Source: Synechococcaceae cyanobacterium
GTDB lineage: Bacteria; Cyanobacteriota; Cyanobacteriia; PCC-6307; Cyanobiaceae
Direction: 5' to 3'
Length of the DNA: 64,000 nt
Assembly (NCBI GenBank): GCA_947378425.1
Contig: CANCJV010000013.1
Location: forward strand, 2,826 to 66,825
The stretch's first letter is position 1. Each line of letters opens with the position of its first letter. Both the position numbers and the translations under genes were made by a program. The notes below the pieces were generated by a model. It saw nothing but the letters and a program-made list of their open reading frames with translations, did not search any database and had not been told where the DNA came from. Positions 18,578 through 25,765 of this stretch are shown here, piece by piece.

Positions 18578-19122
18578 CAGAAGGGCACCTCCTCGTCACT
18601 GATGGGGCCATTGGTGGACCAGGCCGGGGCTGCCGGCGCTGCTGGTGTGGGGGCTCCAGCGGGTGCGCCCCATGTCGTCGCGCTCGAAATGCGGGAGCCC
18701 CCTGCAGCGGCGGTTGCCGTCTGAGACGCGGAGCTACTGACGGACTGGCCAGCGGAGAAGACAGCCAAGTCGGCGGCTCCATCGATCTGCTGCGTACCGT
18801 TCCTGCCCCCGCAGAGCTCCAGGCGATCGATCACCACCAGGGTCTTGCTGCGCACCTCGCCGCTGCTGCGGTCGGTCCATTGCTCGATCTCGAGCCGGCC
18901 GACGACCGCCACCTTGCTGCCTTTGCGTAGGTAGTCCCCCGCCACCTGGGCGGTCTTGCCCCACGCCTTGCAGTTCACCCAGAGCGGCTCCTGGTTCTGG
19001 CCATCCCGGGGCGGTCGGTTGACCGCCAGGGTGAACTCGCAGACGCAGCTGCCACTCTCAAAGAAGCGCAGCTCTGGATCCCGGCCGGCATTGCCGACCA
19101 GCACGATCAGGTTGATGCTCAT
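18577..19122 (-). CDS. ssb: Single-stranded DNA-binding protein
   Basis: It has an OB-fold N-terminus (MSINLIVLVGNAGRDPELRF...WVNCKAWGKTAQ), a Gly/Ala/Pro-rich linker and the acidic tail DEEVPF. Confidence 0.92.
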   Translation of the reverse strand: MSINLIVLVGNAGRDPELRFFESGSCVCEFTLAVNRPPRDGQNQEPLWVNCKAWGKTAQVAGDYLRKGSKVAVVGRLEIEQWTDRSSGEVRSKTLVVIDRLELCGGRNGTQQIDGAADLAVFSAGQSVSSSASQTATAAAGGSRISSATTWGAPAGAPTPAAPAAPAWSTNGPISDEEVPF

Positions 19123-19364
19123 GCCTCCACCTCCAGCGCCGAGCCGCTGCGGGCCTCGATGCGCTCCTGGACCGCCAGCAGTGACGGCAGGCCGATGAGT
19201 GGATGGGTGCGCACCAGTTCGTGCAGTGCTCCGCTCCAGGTGATGTTGTGCCTGCGGGCGAACGCATCGACCCGCTCAAAGGTGTCGTTGTTCATGGCGA
19301 TGGTCTTCTTGTGGTTGCCGATCCGCTGGCGCAGCGGCCGCGGTTTCTGGGGGGAGGTGCTCAT
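19119..19364 (-). CDS. Small protein, possible ribbon-helix-helix
   Basis: 81 aa. The segment KKTIAMNNDTFERVDAFARRHNITWSGALHELV is RHH-like. ATGA overlaps occur with both neighbours. Confidence 0.5.
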   Translation of the reverse strand: MSTSPQKPRPLRQRIGNHKKTIAMNNDTFERVDAFARRHNITWSGALHELVRTHPLIGLPSLLAVQERIEARSGSALEVEA

Positions 19365-20710
19365 GCCGCCGCCCCCGCGATTTGCTGGGAGCTCTCGCCG
19401 CCTTCGAGCTGACGGCGGCGCCTGGAGATCGCATTCCAGAGCCGCTCAGCGTTCTCGTCGTTGATCTGGCCTGCGCTGAGCAGCTGATTGACGCGTCCGT
19501 AGGCGCTGTCGAGTTCCAGCAGGGTGGCGATGCGTGGGATCTGGCGGAGGCCCACCTCCACAGGATCCAACTCAGGCTCTGGAGCTGGGGCAGGAGCTTG
19601 AGCCGAAGCTGGCTCAGGAGCTGGAGCTGGGCTTGGAGCCGAGGCAGCAGCGGCCTGGCTCCTGGTTCGCCGCGGTGCTGGCTGGGTGACTGCGTCAGAG
19701 GTTTCGTTGGCCTGCACCGAAAGGGCCTCCTGCTGCGCGGCTTGCTGCCCAGCTGAGGTGGTCGGCTCCGATTCAGCCCTGCTGGCGTCCACAAGCACGG
19801 CGTCGATGACCTCCGCCTTGGGCTCAGCGCCACCCCCATGGGGCAACTCGATGCGCCCATCGGCGCTGTTCTGGACTTGCTGCGGATCTTCCTTGTCTTC
19901 GCGATGGCGTAAAAGCTCGGGCACAGCGGCAGCACGGGAGCTCGCTGCAGGACGCCGGGCGGCGGGTTTTGCCGGCGCCGTGGCGGCTGGCCCTGCCGGC
20001 TCTTCAGCGACCTGGCTCCATGCCGTAGCCGCCAGAGTTGGGGCCTGGATTTCAGCCCCACTAACGTTGGCGCCGCCGGTTTCTCGGACCGTGACCGCCT
20101 CGATGTCGAGTGCTTCCTCCTGGGTGATCAACCCCAGGGCGATCTCCGGGCAGTAGACGTTGGACCACCAGGCGGCAGCGCGATAGCGCAGCATCTGGCC
20201 GGTCATCGTCTGCCACTTGCTGGTTTCGTTGCCCTGGCGGTCCTTGCGGCTCCACCAGCCCTCCTTGCGGGCCAGCTCCAGGGTGATGGTTTCTCCTTCC
20301 AGCACCTCTCCGGTGGCCTTATCGGTGGCCATCGCATAGCAACTGGTGGGCTTCTCCTTGTCGTCAAAGACAAAGCGCAGCGGCGAGAAGCGGCCGCTGG
20401 CATTGACCGTGGCGATCAGGAACTTGCTGCTCCAGGTCGGCCGGCCGTGGATCGGCGTCATGTTCTGCATCACCACCAGCGGTGAGAGCCGCATGCGACC
20501 GGCGATCTCCAGGGCGATCAGGCTGTTGGCCAGGCCCTGCTGTCCCTGGTAGTCCCTGGGCACCAGGGTGGAGGAGCACAGGGCCCGGGCCATCCGCTGG
20601 GCGGCGTCAAAGGCGGCGATGCCGCTGAACACCTGCAGCACCTCCCCCGCTGGGGCAAGGGCTGAGGACGGCGGTGCGTCAGCACCGGTGGAGAGAGTGG
20701 AGTCGTTCAT
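19361..20710 (-). CDS. recT: RecT/Red-beta-superfamily single-strand annealing protein with a long Ala/Pro-rich C-terminal extension
   Basis: The N-terminal ~230 aa follow the RecT pattern (GLANSLIALEIAGRMRLSPL...IHGRPTWS...MLRYRAAAWWSNVY). It is paired with a PD-(D/E)XK exonuclease gene. Confidence 0.7.
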   Translation of the reverse strand: MNDSTLSTGADAPPSSALAPAGEVLQVFSGIAAFDAAQRMARALCSSTLVPRDYQGQQGLANSLIALEIAGRMRLSPLVVMQNMTPIHGRPTWSSKFLIATVNASGRFSPLRFVFDDKEKPTSCYAMATDKATGEVLEGETITLELARKEGWWSRKDRQGNETSKWQTMTGQMLRYRAAAWWSNVYCPEIALGLITQEEALDIEAVTVRETGGANVSGAEIQAPTLAATAWSQVAEEPAGPAATAPAKPAARRPAASSRAAAVPELLRHREDKEDPQQVQNSADGRIELPHGGGAEPKAEVIDAVLVDASRAESEPTTSAGQQAAQQEALSVQANETSDAVTQPAPRRTRSQAAAASAPSPAPAPEPASAQAPAPAPEPELDPVEVGLRQIPRIATLLELDSAYGRVNQLLSAGQINDENAERLWNAISRRRRQLEGGESSQQIAGAAA

Positions 20711-21558
20711 TAGAAGAGGTCGATGGAATCCAAATCAATGCCTTCGGCTTCGGGAAGGCTGAAATCTTGGGAGACAGGACGAAACGCCTGGCGCCCGTGA
20801 CTCGGCCAGCTGCCTGTGGCCTGGCATTCGGCGATCCGCCGGAAGGCCTCCTCCCGGCGCTGCAGACCTTTTTGGAGGTCCTGCCCATCAAAGATGAGCA
20901 GGCTGCAGTCGATCGGTGCGGCCGGATCGGTGGGCCACTCAAAGGCGATCACGCCGGTCTCAACCGGCGGCTCACCATGGCGGTCCTCGTGGCCCAGGGC
21001 CAGGTGGGCCATTTGCAGGTCATAGGCCAGGTCCTTGGCCTGCCAGTAGAACTTCCGCGGCACGGCGCTGCGGGTCTTCTTGAGGTCGAACAGGCGGCCG
21101 TCGCTGGTGACGACATCGGGGAGGCAGCGGCAGGGCCGGCCTTCCTGGTCATCCCAGAAGTGGGGCTGCTGGCTAAGCGCTGGATCCAGCGCCGCCAGCA
21201 CCTCGCCCACCACCGGATCGGCCCGCAGGGCCTCACGGATGCGCTGGGCCTGCTCGACCATCTCGTTGCTCACCGGCGTGAGTCCGGCGGCCTCGGCTTC
21301 TGCGCAGTTGGCGGCACCGGCTTTGGTGTTGCGGGCGATCGATGGGTACGCGACGAACCGGCCATCGATCCGGAAGGGCGGCGTCAGCAAGGCATCGACC
21401 AGATCGCCCTTGACCATGTCGGCCGAGGGAACGAACCGCGCTGCCCCTGGCCCGAACCGATGGCTCCAGGTCCGCATCGTGCCGGTCACCGCAGCCTTGA
21501 GCGCCGTCGGGGACCAGGCGGGATGGCGGTGATACTCCGCCAGGGAGATGGTGCTCAT
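20710..21558 (-). CDS. PD-(D/E)XK exonuclease (RecE/exonuclease VIII-like, DUF3799-type)
   Basis: The N-terminus reads ISLAEYHRHPAWSPTALK. The motif PDVV...LFDLKKT fits D-(D/E)xK. It is coupled to recT. Confidence 0.65.
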   Translation of the reverse strand: MSTISLAEYHRHPAWSPTALKAAVTGTMRTWSHRFGPGAARFVPSADMVKGDLVDALLTPPFRIDGRFVAYPSIARNTKAGAANCAEAEAAGLTPVSNEMVEQAQRIREALRADPVVGEVLAALDPALSQQPHFWDDQEGRPCRCLPDVVTSDGRLFDLKKTRSAVPRKFYWQAKDLAYDLQMAHLALGHEDRHGEPPVETGVIAFEWPTDPAAPIDCSLLIFDGQDLQKGLQRREEAFRRIAECQATGSWPSHGRQAFRPVSQDFSLPEAEGIDLDSIDLF

Positions 21559-21890
21559 GGCGTGTCCTCCAGGCCCTGGCCCAGGACGATCCGCCGTGCC
21601 TCGATCAGCGAGGGACAGAGACCTGAATCAATCCCGCCGCCGTCGCGGTGCAGCAGCGTTGCCACGTAGCTCCCGCAGACGCTCTGGCGAAAGCTGATGG
21701 CGATGCCGTGGCCGGCCAGGGCCGCCAACGAGTCGGTCGTGATCGCCCTCCAGCGCTGCTGCCATTCAGCCAGGGCGGCAGAGAAGGAGGCCTGGATCAG
21801 GATGTACTGCTCCAGATCGGAGCGTTGCCATCCCCTGGAATCAGGGGACACGGAGAGGGAAGCCGGAGAGCCTCGTTCGTGTTGATTCAC
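21555..21890 (-). CDS. Hypothetical phage protein
   Basis: 111-aa ORF. It is the first gene of the coupled leftward operon and has an ATGA overlap with the exonuclease gene. Confidence 0.5.
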   Translation of the reverse strand: MNQHERGSPASLSVSPDSRGWQRSDLEQYILIQASFSAALAEWQQRWRAITTDSLAALAGHGIAISFRQSVCGSYVATLLHRDGGGIDSGLCPSLIEARRIVLGQGLEDTP

Positions 21891-22035
21891 CTTGCTGCAA
21901 TGAGGGACGCCAACGCTACCCCTGTGGTCATCTATTCGGGAACCCAGAACCTAGGTATTCCGATACCGCATAAATTGCCTTTCCGTAGCACTCGCGACGG
22001 CGACGGCAGCTGCGTTCTGGCACCCCGCTGCCTTT

Positions 22036-22719
22036 TCAGACTGGATTGCTCACCAGTTCGGTGGGCTCCAGCTCCGGGGCTACCTCCCGCACCCAGGCAT
22101 GCAACGCCTCGCGGGCGATCGGGACGATGGCCGGGCCCAGCCGCTCCCCAGCGAATAGCGCGTTTTCAATCGCCACGACCTGCTCCATCGGCAGATCTCC
22201 CGCCTTGCGCAACACCTGCATCGCGGCGGACACCGGCCGCACCCTGACCTGTTCGAGGACCTGATCAAACAGGCTGCGCAGCCGCTTGGTCTCAGCCTCG
22301 GCGTCGATCTCCTCCTGGCAGGGCCAGAGCTCAGTGGGCCCTTCCAGTTTGCCGATGTAGCAGGCGAACCAGTCCTCAGCGCCCCAGGGGCGGCCGTCGT
22401 CATGCAGCACCGGCCTGGCCCGCTGCACCCGATCGCGCAGCAACCGGTCCTTGATCGTGCCCCGCTCGTCTTGCGCCAGGCACTCGTTGAGCACCCCCAG
22501 CTGGATGAAGGTGCTGGGCTGGGGCTGCAACACCTTGCTGTTCTCCAGGTTTCCCCATTGGCCACCGGCCACCCGCAGCGGCCAGGGGATCAACCCTGGG
22601 CAGACCTTGGCCCAGTCCTGGGCGGTGGTGACGGTCCAGTCATTGCTCTTGCGCCAGTTCCGTAGGAACTTGCCGAACTGCACTCGGGCCGCATCGAGCT
22701 TGTCCTGCAGGCTCTGCAC
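22036..22719 (-). CDS. Putative XRE-like DNA-binding protein
   Basis: The N-terminal FGKFLRNWRKSNDWTVTTAQDWAKV...QWGNLENSKV resembles an HTH_XRE with an insertion. The rest is unknown. Confidence 0.45.
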   Translation of the reverse strand: MQSLQDKLDAARVQFGKFLRNWRKSNDWTVTTAQDWAKVCPGLIPWPLRVAGGQWGNLENSKVLQPQPSTFIQLGVLNECLAQDERGTIKDRLLRDRVQRARPVLHDDGRPWGAEDWFACYIGKLEGPTELWPCQEEIDAEAETKRLRSLFDQVLEQVRVRPVSAAMQVLRKAGDLPMEQVVAIENALFAGERLGPAIVPIAREALHAWVREVAPELEPTELVSNPV

Positions 22720-22868
22720 TGGGTTACCGTTTGGGAACCCTTAAAGTATGACTTGCTACCTGCGAAGCATCCAGCCCCAGGGGTCGGCTTCGTGACAGGC
22801 TGTTACGCCGCTTCGGTTGGCGGCTGGCTGGACAGGGACAGGGACTGCGGCAACCCCCACTGGGGTGA

Positions 22869-23213
22869 TCAGCTCAGCCTCAGCACCGCTGTGGCCTCAC
22901 CCACGCTCCTGGCCACACCGGCGTAGCCGCCAAACGCTTCCACCAGGGCAAGGAACGATCGCTGCTCCTCCCGCAACCTTCCGCCAGGGGCCTTCACCTC
23001 GATGGCGGTGAACACCGCCAGGGTCTGGCCCAGGTGCTCCGGGCCGATCAGCACCTGGCGCAGGCCGATCAGGTCGCTGCTGCCCTTGCACAACCCGTAG
23101 GTCACCAGCCGGCCGCGTTCATCGCGCAGGGCGCCGACGTTGTTGCGCCACAGCCGCACTGGACCGGTACCCAGCTCCAGCCGGATCCGCTGCTGTAGCT
23201 CCTGCTCGTTCAT
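22869..23213 (-). CDS. VRR-NUC domain nuclease
   Basis: The internal ATG gives MNEQELQQRIRLELGTGPVRLWRNNVGA...GSSDLIG...IEVKAPGGRLREEQRSF, the VRR-NUC pattern. An ATGA overlap occurs with the helicase stop. Confidence 0.75.
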   Translation of the reverse strand: MNEQELQQRIRLELGTGPVRLWRNNVGALRDERGRLVTYGLCKGSSDLIGLRQVLIGPEHLGQTLAVFTAIEVKAPGGRLREEQRSFLALVEAFGGYAGVARSVGEATAVLRLS

Positions 23214-25498
23214 GCCACCTGGCTCCAGTGGCCCCGCGTTTGGCGGCCCGCCAACACATGCCGTGCCCAGCCCTGGGGGTTCTTGAGGCCACGCTTGGTG
23301 CCCAGCGCAATCAGCTCCTCGAGGCTGCGGGCTTCTCCTTGCTCCCTCTTCTTTCTGCACCGGAGCTCCTGCTGGCTGATCTCCCGCAGCTCACCCTCCA
23401 CCGTGACCAGCTTCTGGCGCTCCGGGCGGAACACATGGCCGCACTCCGGGCAAAGGCTGAGCGTGCTGGCCATGGCGCAGAAACACTGCGGACAGGTCTT
23501 CACCGAGTGGGCCCTGGGTTGCTCCCGCTTCTTGATTCCGTCGAGGCTCCACTCCTGCGCGTCGAGGTGGTGGCCCAGCCGCTCGATGTTGCCGACGTGA
23601 TCGAGGATCACCGCCTCCTTCCCCGGCTGGGGCCGCAGGCAACGGCCGATCATCTGCAGATGCAGCCCCAGGCTCTGGGTAGGCCGCAGCAGCAGGCAGC
23701 CGCCCACCGAGGGCACATCCACGCCCTCGCCGATCAGGTTGCAGCTGGTCAGGACCTTCAGCTCCCCGGCCCCCAGCTGCTCCAGCAGCTGCCTGCGCGT
23801 TGCCGCATCCTGGGTGCCGTCGATGCTGGCCGCCTTTACGCCACGCTCGCTGAACGCTTCGGCCACCGCCTCGGCATGGGCGATCGAGCAGCAAAACGCA
23901 ATCGCCTTGCGGCCCGCCAGGTGGCGCTGGTAGTGGCTGACCGCATCGCCCAGGATGCGGCTACCGCCGAGGGCACCGGCGGCCTGGCGCAGATCGAAAT
24001 CCCCCATCCGTCGCCGCAGCCCCTGTGTCGTAAAACCGATCGGCGGGGCGTAGATCCGGGCAGGGGCCAGGTAGCCGTTGTCGCTCAGCCAGGCTGGTGT
24101 GGGGCCGAGCACCAGCTCGGAATACCAGGCGCCGAGTGGCCGGCCATCGCTGCGGCATGGTGTTGCCGTGACGCCGAGCACCTTGGCGCTGCAGAAATGT
24201 TTGAGCGCCTTCGCCCAGGTACCGGCGCTGGTGTGGTGGCAGTTGTGCACCAGGAGGCCAGCGGCAAAGTAGTTGTGGTGCTGCTCAACTTCGATGTTGT
24301 ACACATAATTTCCCTCACGCAACTCTGCAGATCCGCCTCGACCTGTTGGTTCGTAAACCTCAACACGCTCCACCCGATCGAGGCAAGGAACTCCTCCTTC
24401 TTCCTGTCCAGCATCTGGCGCTGGATCGCGCCATGGGATGGGCCATCCACCTCGATGCCGATCCGCAGCTCCTGATGGCCGATATCCAGCTTGTAGCAAG
24501 TCGGGTAGCCACTGCCGCGCGGCATCGCCGTTCGGACCACCACTTCCATCGGCCAGCCCAGGGCATCCGCCAGACGCTGCTGATGCCTGGTGGGTCCACG
24601 GCCATTGCCGCCGCGTACCAGTGGCTGATGCTTGTTGCGCCGCAGGGTTGCACTCACCTTTTCCCTGCTCCCTTGCCGCTGCATCGGGTTGTTGTCCCGC
24701 ATGCGTTGCGATGCGTACTGCCGATTGGTTCTCGCCATCACCACGGCTTTTTGCTGGCTCAAAGAGGCGCCGGAGCACTGCCGGCTGCAGTAAACCCGGC
24801 CTCTTGCTCTTAGTTGGTCGCGCTTGACCTTCGTGATCAGAGCAACTAAGACTCCGCACCAATGGCACGGCGCAGAGTTCGTCTCCAGGACGCAGGATGC
24901 CTGCGGGGATGTAGCCATGGTTGACCGTAAAGAACGGATGGGAGAGGGTGGTTTCGATGCTTCTGCCGGAGGTTGTCGTGACACGCACCATCCAGCGGGG
25001 CATCGGATTGCAGAACAGGCGCTTGACGCGGCCGCTGGTGATCTGACCGCTCTGGTGGTCAAAGCAGCTCACGACATCGCCGACCTGCAGGGTTTCGATC
25101 GGCCTGCCGTCAACCGGTGTTCCGGCTGGAAAGCATTCATCAACCACCAGCAGCTGAAAGTGCTCCGGCTTGAGCAAATCCAGCCGCCTGGCCAGGGTGG
25201 CGACCGAGGCCACCTGCACCGGCGCCCGCAGATTCATCGAGCGGCCCGAGGCGATCAGACCGTGCTCCACCCCCAGCGCCGCCAGGGAGCGTGAGGCCTG
25301 CTCCAGCAACTCGGCCCGGTGCACCAGCACGGCGATGCGGTTGCCGCGGGCTGCCGTTTGCTGGGCGATGTGGCTGAACACCACCGTCTTGCCACCACCG
25401 GTGGGGAGGACAAACAGCACGGCGCGGTGCCCCTCCATGAAGGCAAGCCGGACCCGCTGCACGGCCTCCAATTGGTAAGGACGCAGGGCGATGGACAT
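23210..25498 (-). CDS. SF2 DEAD/DEAH-box DNA helicase precursor containing an intein in motif II
   Basis: Motif I is LPTGGGKT. Motif II VVDE|...|CHH is split by 298 codons. Motif III is GVTATP and motifs V-VI are present (GEGVDVP, QMIGRCLR). A C-terminal zinc ribbon reads CPQC...CPECG. Confidence 0.88.
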   Translation of the reverse strand: MSIALRPYQLEAVQRVRLAFMEGHRAVLFVLPTGGGKTVVFSHIAQQTAARGNRIAVLVHRAELLEQASRSLAALGVEHGLIASGRSMNLRAPVQVASVATLARRLDLLKPEHFQLLVVDECFPAGTPVDGRPIETLQVGDVVSCFDHQSGQITSGRVKRLFCNPMPRWMVRVTTTSGRSIETTLSHPFFTVNHGYIPAGILRPGDELCAVPLVRSLSCSDHEGQARPTKSKRPGLLQPAVLRRLFEPAKSRGDGENQSAVRIATHAGQQPDAAAREQGKGECNPAAQQASATGTRRQWPWTHQASAASGGCPGLADGSGGPNGDAARQWLPDLLQAGYRPSGAADRHRGGWPIPWRDPAPDAGQEEGGVPCLDRVERVEVYEPTGRGGSAELREGNYVYNIEVEQHHNYFAAGLLVHNCHHTSAGTWAKALKHFCSAKVLGVTATPCRSDGRPLGAWYSELVLGPTPAWLSDNGYLAPARIYAPPIGFTTQGLRRRMGDFDLRQAAGALGGSRILGDAVSHYQRHLAGRKAIAFCCSIAHAEAVAEAFSERGVKAASIDGTQDAATRRQLLEQLGAGELKVLTSCNLIGEGVDVPSVGGCLLLRPTQSLGLHLQMIGRCLRPQPGKEAVILDHVGNIERLGHHLDAQEWSLDGIKKREQPRAHSVKTCPQCFCAMASTLSLCPECGHVFRPERQKLVTVEGELREISQQELRCRKKREQGEARSLEELIALGTKRGLKNPQGWARHVLAGRQTRGHWSQVA
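24085..24918 (-). CDS. Nested Vsr/DUF559-like homing-endonuclease ORF in the +1 frame of the intein (meaningful part about 24307-24918)
   Basis: Frame-B translation begins MATSPQASCVLETNSAPCHWCG...YCSRQC (zinc finger). It continues with NPM...SREKVSATLR (NUMOD-like) and then GYPTCYKLDIGHQELRIGIEVDGPSHG...DRKKEEFLASIGWSVLRFTNQQVEADLQSCVREI (Vsr/DUF559 fold pattern). The tail after 24307 is probably non-functional read-through. Confidence 0.6.
   Translation of the reverse strand: MATSPQASCVLETNSAPCHWCGVLVALITKVKRDQLRARGRVYCSRQCSGASLSQQKAVVMARTNRQYASQRMRDNNPMQRQGSREKVSATLRRNKHQPLVRGGNGRGPTRHQQRLADALGWPMEVVVRTAMPRGSGYPTCYKLDIGHQELRIGIEVDGPSHGAIQRQMLDRKKEEFLASIGWSVLRFTNQQVEADLQSCVREIMCTTSKLSSTTTTLPLASWCTTATTPAPVPGRRRSNISAAPRCSASRQHHAAAMAGHSAPGIPSWCSAPHQPG
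24242..25135 (-). mobile_element. Intein (298 codons) inserted in the DE-CHH box
   Basis: Block A is CFPAGTPV and block B is TLSHPFFT. Blocks F/G are NYVYNIEVEQHHNYFAAGLLVHN followed by a +1 Cys. The central ~190 codons in this frame are low-complexity. Confidence 0.8.
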
Positions 25499-25531
25499 GG
25501 CACGCCGACAGCACTTCGCCAGAGTTTAGGA

Positions 25532-25551
25532 CTAGCAGAAAATGCTGCTAG
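25532..25551. promoter_or_regulatory. Inverted repeat (7-bp arms, 6-nt spacer) in the divergent control region
   Basis: ctagcag-aaaatg-ctgctag lies between the leftward helicase operon and the rightward RHH/primase operon. Confidence 0.4.
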
Positions 25552-25579
25552 GCTTTTGCGGTAGCACTCCACTGTCATC

Positions 25580-25765
25580 ATGAAGCGCGTACAGCTCCAG
25601 CTCCCCGAGGCCGTCGTCGCCTGGATTGACCGCAACGCCGACGGCATCGAAAGCCGCGCCTCCTTTGTCAGGCGCACCCTGGTACAGGTGATGCGCGGCG
25701 ACGAGCGCAGGCTGCCCCCCGCCTCCAGTGACTCGATCTCCAGCGGTGGGGCTTCCCTGCGCTGA
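25580..25765 (+). CDS. Ribbon-helix-helix (CopG/Arc-type) protein
   Basis: The segment MKRVQLQLPEAVVAWIDRNADGIESRASFVRRTLVQV shows the RHH pattern. Its stop overlaps the primase ATG. Confidence 0.6.
   Translation: MKRVQLQLPEAVVAWIDRNADGIESRASFVRRTLVQVMRGDERRLPPASSDSISSGGASLR

Noticed and set aside
17832-18782. 316-aa ORF extending the BRO gene upstream across the SSB 3' end
   Set aside because: The N-terminal 160 aa are Pro/Arg/His-rich junk that overlaps ssb. A better model is BRO from the ATG at 18299 plus a coupled 93-aa ORF at 18296-18577.
19276-21669. Long alternative-frame and antisense ORFs over recT and the exonuclease gene (19276-20061, 20674-21669, 20949-21236 and others)
   Set aside because: Their Arg/Pro/Gly/Ala-rich translations are typical of off-frame reading of high-G+C coding DNA. 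They overlap motif-supported genes.
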